NCBI GenBank assembly: GCA_963764165.1
Contig: CAVXRD010000004.1
Coordinates: forward strand, 464,164-528,163
Length of the DNA: 64,000 bases
Direction: 5' to 3'
Source: an uncultured Verrucomicrobiae bacterium
GTDB lineage: Bacteria > Verrucomicrobiota > Verrucomicrobiia > Limisphaerales > Palsa-1400
The notes below the pieces were generated by a model. That model was not told where the DNA came from. It saw only the letters and a list, made by a program, of their open reading frames with translations, and made no database searches. The translations under genes were made by a program, and so were the position numbers. The number at the start of each line of letters is the position of its first letter. The stretch's first letter is position 1. Shown here piece after piece: positions 35,358-44,600 of this stretch.

Positions 35358-35790
35358 CCTTTTGGCGTTAGGGCAGTCGCAGCATACCCAGACAGCGCAA
35401 CGCAGGCAAGACGCTTCATTAAGCCGGAACGATTCGGTTGGATTTGGGAGCGCGGCCGTCCCGGTCGCTCTGGCCGGCGTCTCGCCGGACAGCCTGGCAA
35501 ATTCTTGGCGATCACTGTTTGAAAAATTGCCTTTGCAAAAAGAGTTTTCGGCGGGACGCCGAAAACAGCGGTCGAGACGACCGCGCTCCTCGAAACCAAT
35601 TTGCCTCCCAAATATTATTGAGGGTTACACTCCCGGCGCGTTTGCAATCCGTTTGGCCGCAGACGGCGTCGGACAAAAGAGCCACAGTGCCAGATCAAGC
35701 CAGCCGCGCGATCAGTAGGGCATTGAGTCAACTATAATAATTAGGCGGGAACCCTCTGGATCGGCCTATTATGCTTTCCAAAAAACAGGT

Positions 35791-35830
35791 GTGATTTACT
35801 GAGATTTGGTGAGATTTGCTGAGACTGGGT
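35791..35830. repeat. four tandem 10-bp units (GTGATTTACT GAGATTTGGT GAGATTTGCT GAGACTGGGT)
   Basis: Read directly; helical-turn phasing; about 90 bp left of the hexamer array. Confidence 0.6.
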
Positions 35831-35917
35831 TGGAATCCGAGGCCCTTGTCTCTTTTTGACTCGCTTCGCCAAATCGGCCATTGGGTGGCATATGTATACA
35901 TACCCCCCTAAAAAGCC

Positions 35918-35963
35918 GTCACACCCGTCACAATGTTGTCAATCAACGACTTAGTCCGTCACA
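35918..35963. repeat. GTCACA hexamer array, left part (H1-H3)
   Basis: GTCACA at 35918, 35927 and 35958. The array continues after the IS at 37314, 37324 (cTCACA) and 37337. Confidence 0.7.
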
Positions 35964-35966
35964 AAT

Positions 35967-37302
35967 GGTTCCTCCACATTTTCAGTGGAATTAGTGCCGG
36001 GCTCTGGCTATGCCTTGGGCATGACGCCAGAAAAATTATTTCACGAATTGTTGGGACTCGGAATGAAGTGGGAAGTCACCGAAAGCCGTTTTGAATCCAG
36101 CAGCGGGACGGTATCCTTGGAAATCCGTGAAACCTCGGAGCTATGGCCCACGCTTCGCTGCCCCAAGGACGGCGGATTGGTTTCTTGCTACGACCACACC
36201 GAATCGCTGACCTGGCGCCACCTCAATGTTTTCCAGCATCGCTGTGAGATCACCTGCCGGCTGCCGCGCGGCAACTGCCGCCAGTGCGGCCATGTCTTTC
36301 GGGTGCGCCCGCCTTGGGAGGGGTTGAGCACTCACTTCACCAAAGGGTTCGAAGCCTTCGCGCTCCTGCTCATGCGCGAGATGCCCATGGCCAAAGTGGC
36401 CGAGGTGACCCAGGAGAGCGACATGCGCCTGTGGCGGATGCTCTTCAAGCATGTGGAGGGCGCTTACGCCCAAGCCGATTTTAGCAACGTCTGCTGCGTG
36501 GGCGTCGACGAGATGGCCCTGCGCAAGGGCCAGCATTACATGAGTGTCTTTGCCGATTTGGCGGCCAAGAAGGTGATCTTCGCCACCGAAGGCCACGGCC
36601 ACCAGAACGTGGGAAGTGTTTGTCCAGGCCTTGGAGGCTCACAACGGCGATCCGCGCGCCATCACCCAGGTGAGCATGGATATGAGCGCGGGCTACCAGA
36701 AGGGAGTCCAGGAGAACTGCAAAAACGCGCGGGTCGTTTTTGATAAGTTTCACGTCTTGGCCAATGCCAGCAAGGCGGTGGACCAAGTGCGCCGGGCGGA
36801 GTCGCAGGTGGGCGGGCAGGAGGCGCGGGAGTCGCTGCGCAAGAGCCAGTGGCTCTGGCGCAAGAACCCGGAGAACCTCAACGAGGAGGAGGCGGCCCGG
36901 CTGGCCAAGATCGAAGAAAAAAATCTCTGCACCAGCAAGGCCTATCAGATGCGCCTGGTCCTGCAGGACATCTATCGCAGCCCCACCGCCGGAGAGGCTC
37001 AAAAGCGTTTTAAGATCTGGTGCCGCTGGGTGCGGTGGGTGGCGCGATTTTACAAGTCCTACATTTTCAAGGCCATGGTCAGGATGGCCGACCAGATCAC
37101 CGATCACCTGCAGGGCATCCTGGCCCACTGGAAATCGGGATTGACCAACGCCTTTATGGAAGGACTCAACAGCGTCTTCAGCGCTGTCAAACGCAAGGCC
37201 CGCGGGTTTCGTTCCCCCGTTTACCTCACCACCATGCTCTATCTGGTGGCCGGAAAACTCCGCCTCCCCCATTTCTAATTCCACTGAAAACGTGGAGGAA
37301 CC
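35967..37302 (+). mobile_element. ISL3-family insertion sequence (1336 bp) with 28-bp inverted repeats and an 8-bp TSD
   Basis: IRL GGTTCCTCCACATTTTCAGTGGAATTAG (35967-35994) against IRR 37275-37302, 27/28 matches. Direct repeat TCACAAAT at 35959-35966 and 37303-37310. Confidence 0.85.
36021..37278 (+). pseudogene. ISL3-family transposase interrupted by a +1 frame change near 36585-36592
   Basis: N-terminal zinc-finger-like CPKDGG...CRQCGH, then VDEMALRKGQHYMSVFADL. The reading frame jumps between ORF 35985..36743 and ORF 36616..37278 (DMSAGYQKGV...FDKFHV...). Confidence 0.8.
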
Positions 37303-37313
37303 TCACAAATACC

Positions 37314-37342
37314 GTCACAAACCCTCACACCGACCCGTCACA
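37314..37342. repeat. GTCACA hexamer array, right part (H4-H6)
   Basis: GTCACA at 37314, cTCACA at 37324, GTCACA at 37337. An inverted copy TGTGAC lies at 37400-37405. Confidence 0.7.
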
Positions 37343-37467
37343 AAATCGCCCCTGCCAGCCAGGCGCGCCCAAAACATGCCTGGCCGCAATATGAACTTGT
37401 GTGACGGGATTGTGGTCCAGTTTGGACATGCTCCTTCGTCGAGTATTGGGCTGGCGCCCGCGCGTGG

Positions 37468-37527
37468 GTGCAATGCGGTTTTTGCCGCAAAAAACAGAGG
37501 GTGCAATAGGGTGCAATAGCATGCAAT
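37468..37527. repeat. GTGCAAT repeats (three at 10-bp phasing) flanking the palindrome TTTTTGCCGCAAAAA
   Basis: GTGCAAT at 37468, 37501 and 37511; ATGCAAT at 37521; palindrome at 37479-37493. Confidence 0.6.
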
Positions 37528-38176
37528 GCCCCGCCGCAATTTGACGGGGCGGACCTGCGTGTCCGCCCAAATATTCAGTCCGAGCCCAGCGACAACCAAT
37601 TTACGGTGGGATGCGGATATGTCTTTGCGGCCACTCTGCGCACTCATCTTCTCTGCGCGAGAGTTCCTTTTGTGGTGCCATGAAACGCCATCGCGCGCGG
37701 AGTCGCCGAGAACGCAGAGATTCCTCGCCGCCTGACATGAACGCAAAATATCAAAGAACACGCCCTGATGGCGACAGGGTGAAAAATAACGCCGAAAGTC
37801 CTTCGTGTCAATTCAGCTTGTAATCGCACGTTTCTGTGGTATTGATGGTCTTGTGGCACGATTTTGGGGGAAAAATGCGAAAAACGGAATCTGGAACGCC
37901 CGAACTCAGGAGAAGTGATCGAAGTTGGACCCAAGCACATCGTTAAATTGTATGCCTTGGCCAGTGAGCGCCGTTAGACACGACATATTTGTAGCAACCA
38001 CGAAGAATGAGCCCCAAGCCCCGTAGGGCGCGACATATTGGCAATGTCGCTTTTGCACCAAAACCAAAAGACCGGGAAATTCAACGCAAGGACGCCAAAG
38101 CGCAAGGGCACAGCGCGGCAAAGCCGCAACCAAAAATAAGAGGAAAGCGCCGTCCGGTCTGGGTAAGATTGGATGT

Positions 38177-39778
38177 ATGCAAAACAAACCGCTTACCCAT
38201 GACGGCGCTTCCAACTCTTTTGTACACAAACATGCTTCCTCAATTCTAGGAGTTCTTTCGGGCTTTGATCGCCTGCGATTGCGCGGGACGCTGCGCCAGT
38301 TGTACGGCCCCCAGGTGATGGAGGCCTACTTGAACGCCTGCCACATTCTGATCAAGGATTTCAGCCAGTTGGTCGAACGGACCACCAAAGCGGTCAAAGA
38401 CAAAGCCAGGGCCCTGGCACAAACAGCCGGGCGGCCTTTTCTTTTCGTCCCCTCCAGCCAAACCAGCAAGGAGGAGGTGGCGCGCAAGATTGCCGCCCGC
38501 GATAAAATCACCGAGGGACTGATCGCCATTCTCAATTGCACGGAACCCTGCATGTCCTTTCAAGTCGTCGGAAACCCCCAAACCAAACACATTGAGGTGA
38601 AGGTTCAGCAGCGCAAGTGCAGCCATCTTTATTTCTATTTCGAGCATTCCAAGTTTGGCTTCATGCACCTGCGCCTGCAAACCTGGTTTCCCTTCCAGAT
38701 TAATATCTGCCTCAATGGCCGGCATTGGCTGGGAAAGCAGTTGGATCAGGCAGGCATTGCCTATCAAAAGAAGGAGAACACCTTTTTGCGGGTGGCCGAT
38801 ATGGGGCGCGCTCAAGGCCTGCTGGACCAGCAACTGCAAACTGACTGGCCCAAGGAGCTGGGCCGGCTGCTCAATGAGGTTCATCCCCTGCACCGGTCGA
38901 TTTGCCAGCCGCTGAACCTCAAATACTATTGGAGCGCTTCGGACACCGAATATGCCACCGATGTCATTTTCAAGGAGCCCGAGAGCCTGGCCCGGCTTTA
39001 TCCCAGCCTGGTTCACCATGCCATCAGTTCCTTTTCCAGCGCGGACGTGATGAGGTTTTTGGGCCGATACGTTCCCATCAGCACGGGCAGGGTGTACGGC
39101 CAGTTTGAGGGCGAAATCACCAGCGACACCAAACGGCGGCCGGAGGGCGTGCGGGTCAAGCACAGTCTTAACGGCAACTCGATCAAATTTTACGACAAGC
39201 AGGGCTCGGTTTTGCGGATCGAAACGACGGTGACGCACCCGGAGGAATTTAAAGTTTATCGCAAACCGGAAGGCCGGCCCAAGGAGGCCAAACGCTGGCT
39301 GACATTGCGCCGGGGGCTGGCCGACCTGAAACGGCGCAAAGAAATCTCTCACCGGGCCAATGAACGTTATTTGCAGGCGTTGGGATCCGTCAGCGGAACG
39401 GTGCCGCTGTTCCAATGGGTTGAAAAATGCTGCAAGCCCCTGCGGCAGGCGGGGCGGCGCTACCGCGCCCTCAATCCTTGGGCCCCGGAGGACGGACGCC
39501 TTTTGGAAATGGTCAGCCAGGGAGAGTACGCCCTCAACGGCTTTCGCAGTCGAGACATTCGGCAGGCCTATTTTCCCAGCCGGTGCGATGACCGCGAACT
39601 CAAACGCAGAATGGGCTGGATTGGACGCCGACTGCGGCTCCTGCGAGCGCATGGCTTGATCGCCAAAGTCAGCGGCACCCACCGCTATGTTGTCACCGAG
39701 AAAGGGCGCACCACCATTACTGCGCTCTTGACCGCCCGCAAAGCGGACGTGGACAAATTGACCAAACTCGCCGCCTAA
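38177..39778 (+). CDS. hypothetical 533-aa protein, probably associated with a mobile element (family not identified)
   Basis: Long, clean ORF between REP-like repeats in the island. The segment VRVKHSLNGNSIKFYDKQGSVLRIETTVTHPEEFKVYR is reminiscent of xYDK...LRxE motifs in replication-initiator/transposase-like proteins. Confidence 0.5.
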   Translation: MQNKPLTHDGASNSFVHKHASSILGVLSGFDRLRLRGTLRQLYGPQVMEAYLNACHILIKDFSQLVERTTKAVKDKARALAQTAGRPFLFVPSSQTSKEEVARKIAARDKITEGLIAILNCTEPCMSFQVVGNPQTKHIEVKVQQRKCSHLYFYFEHSKFGFMHLRLQTWFPFQINICLNGRHWLGKQLDQAGIAYQKKENTFLRVADMGRAQGLLDQQLQTDWPKELGRLLNEVHPLHRSICQPLNLKYYWSASDTEYATDVIFKEPESLARLYPSLVHHAISSFSSADVMRFLGRYVPISTGRVYGQFEGEITSDTKRRPEGVRVKHSLNGNSIKFYDKQGSVLRIETTVTHPEEFKVYRKPEGRPKEAKRWLTLRRGLADLKRRKEISHRANERYLQALGSVSGTVPLFQWVEKCCKPLRQAGRRYRALNPWAPEDGRLLEMVSQGEYALNGFRSRDIRQAYFPSRCDDRELKRRMGWIGRRLRLLRAHGLIAKVSGTHRYVVTEKGRTTITALLTARKADVDKLTKLAA

Positions 39779-39959
39779 AACTTTGCCAAAAATGAAGAGT
39801 TTTCCGAAATAGCACTGCAAGGTTTTGGAGACAGACGTATCAATGCAAATTCCTTTGCGATTTTGCAACTTTGCGCCCTTGCGTTTAAACGGAGGCGGAC
39901 GGGCCATTTTGCACGCCCCAGCCCTTGCAATGGCGCGTGAGGTTGACTAAAGTTCAGTC

Positions 39960-40274
39960 GTGAACGCTGTTGCGACACCGAACCATATTCACCTTGACGC
40001 CGAAGGGCGGGCCTGGATTGACGATAGCAACACCAAGGTTATCGAAGTTGTGTTGGATCACCTCGCCTATGGCTGGAGCGCGGATGAAATCCACGTCCAG
40101 CATCCACATCTTTCACTTGGGCAAATCCACGCCGCGCTTTCGTTCTATTTCGATCACCAGCCGGAATTCGACAGCCTGGTTGGGCAATCGCTTGAGCGGG
40201 CGAATAAGCGTGCCGCAGATTCCCAGGATTCACCCGGTCGCCGGCGGCTACGCGCACTGGGCAAGATTCGTTGA
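39960..40274 (+). CDS. DUF433-family protein (antitoxin-like HTH), GTG start
   Basis: IDDSNTKVIEVVLDHLAYGWSADEIHVQHPHLSLGQIHAALSFYFDHQPEFD matches the DUF433 pattern. Confidence 0.7.
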   Translation: MNAVATPNHIHLDAEGRAWIDDSNTKVIEVVLDHLAYGWSADEIHVQHPHLSLGQIHAALSFYFDHQPEFDSLVGQSLERANKRAADSQDSPGRRRLRALGKIR

Positions 40275-40381
40275 GCGTTCGTCTCTACATGGATGTCCAT
40301 GTTCCAGCGCAGCCCGCCAATTGTTCAATCGAGTCGAGTACCTGCCGACAGCGACCGATTTCCCCCTTGCGTTCATGCTGA
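40271..40381 (+). pseudogene. remnant of a DUF5615/PIN-like partner gene of DUF433
   Basis: A TTG overlaps the DUF433 stop. It opens (L)SVRLYMDVHVPA, typical of DUF5615 N-termini, and stops after 36 codons. Further fragments continue in another frame. Confidence 0.35.
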
Positions 40382-40386
40382 AAAGT

Positions 40387-40641
40387 ATGCACTTTTCATC
40401 CGTGAAGGCGACGCAGACAGAACTGCGCAGAGACACTGGCCGCATTTTAGGAACAGTGATTCATGGACACCGCTCCGTCGAGCTTACCCAGCACGGGCAA
40501 ACCGTGGCGGATATCCAGCCTCATGCAAAGCCATTAAGCGGCGCCGAATTTGCCCGCCGGTGGAAAAACCGCAAACCGCTGGACAAGGCAACGGCGCGAG
40601 AAATCGCCGCAGCGATCAAATCCGTAGGTCATCCTGCGTGA
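40387..40641 (+). CDS. Phd/YefM-type antitoxin
   Basis: MHFSSVKATQTELRRDTGRILGTVIHGHRSVELTQHGQTVADIQP fits the Phd/YefM N-terminal pattern. GTGA overlap with a vapC-like start. Confidence 0.65.
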   Translation: MHFSSVKATQTELRRDTGRILGTVIHGHRSVELTQHGQTVADIQPHAKPLSGAEFARRWKNRKPLDKATAREIAAAIKSVGHPA

Positions 40642-40769
40642 GGTTTCTCATTGATACTTCCATCCTCATCGAAGCCGAGCGCCGGAGTTTTGGCCTTGGC
40701 GCTGGCTGCAGAAGGCCGAGGAAGTTCATAAATGCGACGCGACTTGCCCCGTTTTGCCCCCTGAGGTGA
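40638..40769 (+). pseudogene. truncated and frameshifted VapC (PIN) toxin remnant
   Basis: Starts VRFLIDTSILIEAER (PIN N-terminal Asp motif). The sensible sequence continues in another frame (LGAWLQKAEEV) and is lost at about 40.8 kb, where the AT-richer insert begins. Confidence 0.5.
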
Positions 40770-40830
40770 GGCCCAATCCGCGCTGGAATTTCAAACCATC
40801 CTTGCAGTCGCATCCCATGAAATATATTAC

Positions 40831-41685
40831 TTGATGGTCAAGGCGTCTGTTACCCTCAGCCGCTTCGTCGCACATAGCATGAAGACAACACATCACGGAT
40901 ATTTTCAATCGCTAGCGCGTGAATTGGAGTCGCAAGCGTCACGCGTCCGCCAACTGATTGGTGACGGACATTGGGCCCACGACGGGCGGCATAAGGAAGT
41001 ATTACTCCAAAGTCTTATCCGTCGCCACTGTCCGTCGACCGTCCTTGTTAGCACTGGCTTTGTCGTTTCATCTAACGATCCCGAGGTTCGCAGTAAGGAG
41101 CAAGACGTGTTGATAATTAACACATCCACCGAAGCGCCATTATTTCACCAAGGAGACTTGACAGTTGTGTTTCCGCATACCGTCATTGCGGCAATTTCGG
41201 TTAAAACCACGATGAATGATGAAACCCTCAAAGATGTCGTCGACGGACTCGCCACTGTGCGGGAAACCGCGAGAGACTGTCAGTGCAAAGCAAACCGAAT
41301 CTGTTGCTGCGGATTCTTTTTTAACATAAAGCCGATGATTCGCCAAAAACCTGAGGCGATTTATAAAAGTCTTAAAAAGCACATTCGATCCCGGCCTATT
41401 AAACCACCGCTCCTAGAAGACGGCCTTCCTCATATTGCAGGTCCTGATGCAATCGTGGAAGCAAATGACCTGTCATTTCTGTTAGACTATACCGTTAATA
41501 ATAATATATCCGCTGCAAAAGTCCGCGGTTTCGATTGCCCGGGACTTTCCACCGCTGTATTTCTTTCATGTCTATTAGAACACATTAACTTCTTTTTTGA
41601 TCAAAGGCATTCGAAATTTAACGATTTACTTTCGAATCAACGGCTCGAAAGCATTTCGCCTCCCGAGTTTCAGATTTTACCCTGA
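40831..41685 (+). CDS. DUF6602-like protein (restriction-endonuclease-like core suspected)
   Basis: GRHKEVLLQSLIRRHCPSTVLVSTGFVV...SKEQDVLIINT...VIAAISVKTT matches my recollection of the DUF6602 pattern. The start is probably internal (MKTTHHGYF at 40879). Confidence 0.55.
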   Translation: MMVKASVTLSRFVAHSMKTTHHGYFQSLARELESQASRVRQLIGDGHWAHDGRHKEVLLQSLIRRHCPSTVLVSTGFVVSSNDPEVRSKEQDVLIINTSTEAPLFHQGDLTVVFPHTVIAAISVKTTMNDETLKDVVDGLATVRETARDCQCKANRICCCGFFFNIKPMIRQKPEAIYKSLKKHIRSRPIKPPLLEDGLPHIAGPDAIVEANDLSFLLDYTVNNNISAAKVRGFDCPGLSTAVFLSCLLEHINFFFDQRHSKFNDLLSNQRLESISPPEFQILP

Positions 41686-41695
41686 CTCTTCGCCT

Positions 41696-44600
41696 TCACG
41701 TTAAGCTTTGCACCGCGATTGGTCCCGCAAAAGCGATAGCAATATAAGCATGAGCAATCTCTCCCTGCCTCGGCCATCGCTCATGACGACTGAGCAAAAA
41801 ATCCCGACCGAATTCCTCAACTTTGAGGTAGTGCACTTCGGAATCACCGGTTATCACGCCCTGTACGGTCTTACGCACGCCCTCGCTATCGAGCAACACA
41901 GCACGAGGGTCATGCAACTGTTCCCGTGGAATCCGAGCCCTACGCAACTGAGAGAACATGGGCTCGGCCTCGGCCCACTTATGTTGTTGAACCAACGCGA
42001 CCGCGCATACAAATTTGTAAAATGGATCGCCGGAATATTTTGCTGTCGCCAGAACTGTTCTTCCCAATTCGAACAAAAATGCCCAATCAATAACGCGGTT
42101 TCGCACCTTAGAATCGTAACGGCTCACATTCCATTCGTAGTAGATGCTAGCCGCTGCCGCACACAAATCCCCCGACGGCGATAGGTTCTCCGCTTGAACC
42201 ATCTCAATGATCCTTTTACAATACGCAAATGCGTCGTTATATGCACTTCCCGCGTTCTTCTCGCGGGCCACATTTAACATTTTGCGCGCGGCTATAACAA
42301 AACCCTCTGGCCTCTTGAACTGCAGCCATAAGTCTTCGGCGCTCGCCTTAAGTTCGTCCAAAGGCGCCGTCCTTGCCTGCAATTTCCCCGATATGTCCTC
42401 CAAAAATTCAATATCTTTTGTTGGTTGGTCACGAGCTGGTCGCAATGGGTTCTTAAGTACAAGAAGTGACGAATCCACTGCGTCCAGCGCTTGATTCAAT
42501 AAAGTAAAAATATCCGCCGAAGCGATATCATTCAGTTCCGAAATCAACCTCAGCATAAGATTTGCCTGAACATGCACCGCCCGCGAATTAAAAAACGCAT
42601 CAGAACGCGCGTGGTCTAAATGACGCAATATCTCCGGCAAGCTCTCTTCGAGCCGTACGCGCCCAGCGTCCGCAGCATCGAGAATCGTAGCTGCCAAAGA
42701 CGTATGCACGTGCTCATCGGCTTCAACGCGGTCGGTGTACGGATAACTCCTCGTCACAAGCGCCGTTTCCAAAACCGACTTTGCGAATAAAGGATCATTC
42801 CCTTTTGACTTAATCCACAACCCTTTTTGATGAACTAACGTCCGGTCCGGTAGCGGCAACGCAGAAAGCGCAGTATCATAGAGCTGCAGTCCGTCCGAGT
42901 ACTCTAAATGGTTCAATTTGCTACAGGGAACCAATATACTAACAGAGAACTCCCTATAAACCAAACTCGTCCCGGTGCATGCTTTGAGAAGAGTCAAAAG
43001 ACGTTCGACCTCACCAGTATGTGCTAACTTGCCGCCGTTGATCGTCTCTATTAAAGTGCGCGTTACAACAGAGTTACGAGGTCTGTAGCATTTTGTTGCG
43101 CCATCTGGAGTCGCTTCACCATACAACAAGCCCCACGCTGGGCCCTTTTGATCAACCGCATCTACCCACTCTCGGTAAGAAATGTCTAATGCCGACACCA
43201 GCACCTCGACTGGCAGCGGCGTGTGGTAGTGATCGCACACCGCAGCCATCGCGTAAGCTTGCTTTAAGAAGGCCGAGGTTTTGTTATATGCACCGATAAT
43301 AACACGTGACAATCCACCCCGCTCTCCCAAACGCAAATATTCCTCTTGAATACTCGCCTCGATACTTTGTCGGGTCTTTGGCAAGAGCCAATATAGGAGG
43401 CCAAGCGTATCCGCCGTCCCGCGACTCGGGAAATTGGCAAGTTCAGCCTGCGCCTTGCCCTTATCAGGGAATACATTCAGGTGAACCAAATAATTTGGAA
43501 AGCTAGCTATCTCCTGCGCGTCGAAATCATCGAGCAAATTGAACTCGCGCTGCAATTCGAGCGTGCCAATCAAATCTTCAGGGTCGTTCGTCTTCCAGTC
43601 AGAAGTTCGTACAACAACGACAAATGTGCATCGAATACCGTTGTTTTGTGCGCTTGCGGCGATCGACGACACGGACAAAGAACCTAATCCAACTGGATCA
43701 TCAATAAAAAAGAAAACGCGCCGCTTATTGTCTGTAATACTGCTAAGTGTCTTAAAAAAATGACCTAGTGATGTTTGAACATTCGGATAAAAGGATCTAC
43801 GAAACCAAAAGACAAGATTTCCTTTAAACGCTAGGTCATACGCCAATCTTTTTGCTATCGTGGTTTTGCCGGATGCCGCGCTGCCAACCAGAGCGTACAC
43901 AGGCAATGCTCGAGTTATTCGTGGTGGTTTCAAAATACTGTCTTGCAATTGGTTCTCAATTGTCCGGCGGAAATCTAGCTTGTGAAAGAACGGATCCCAA
44001 GATGGAAGATTCGGGGAAAACAGCAAATCTAATAATCGCACCCTTTCTCCCTCGCTTATTTGCGATACAAGTTGCGCATTGACAACGGTGACGATATCAT
44101 TAAAAGGTATCAGCCGATCAAACTCTGATTCTTTCTTGTACAAGGCAAGTGGCTGCGTTTGTCCAGCTCCTTCCAAATCCTTCAATCGACTTATCAACTC
44201 GGGGAGACCTGCGTCCACAAAAACTACATGCAACTTTCCCGAGGTTAGCTGAAGAATAGCATTATACTCCTTTTGCGTAAATTCGGTCTTTACCAAAACC
44301 AGCGGATCTATGAAAGTCTTTCGGTCTGATAACATTTGCGACAAAAGATCAATGAAAGACCAAAGACTGCCTTTTAGGCCGAGGCATACGACGGGGTTGC
44401 CTTGCACCTTATCGGCAAAATCTTGAACGGCAAAACGCCACGTTGGGCGCCGCGCAGTGTAAATCAAGTCCGTGTATACGAAATGTTCTTCAGTATTACC
44501 AAGCAATTTAAATATTGGTACACACTTCGGCGGTAAAGGTTGGGGAAAATCCAGCACCTGTGTTGGAATCGACGCTGTAGGCTTTCGCTCTCGCTCTCTT

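Noticed and set aside
35826-35845. GGGTTGGAATCCGAGGCCC, considered as a tRNA 3' fragment (T-arm) marking an att site
   Set aside because: The flanking bases do not form a proper T-stem (CTGGG against CCGAG has a mismatch). No acceptor stem or CCA context follows. The same stretch is simply part of the module shared with 48884-48948.
37427-37437. GAAGGAG + ATG on the minus strand inside the 24-bp repeat, considered as a conserved ribosome-binding site and start of a lost gene
   Set aside because: Only 1 nt separates GGAG from the ATG, which is too short for Shine-Dalgarno function. The downstream ORFs are 34 aa and 5 aa and are not conserved between the two copies.
38246-39907. 553-aa ORF on the minus strand
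   Set aside because: It is antisense to the 533-aa + strand ORF, whose sequence looks like genuine protein. The minus-strand product is Gly/Ala/Arg-rich shadow.
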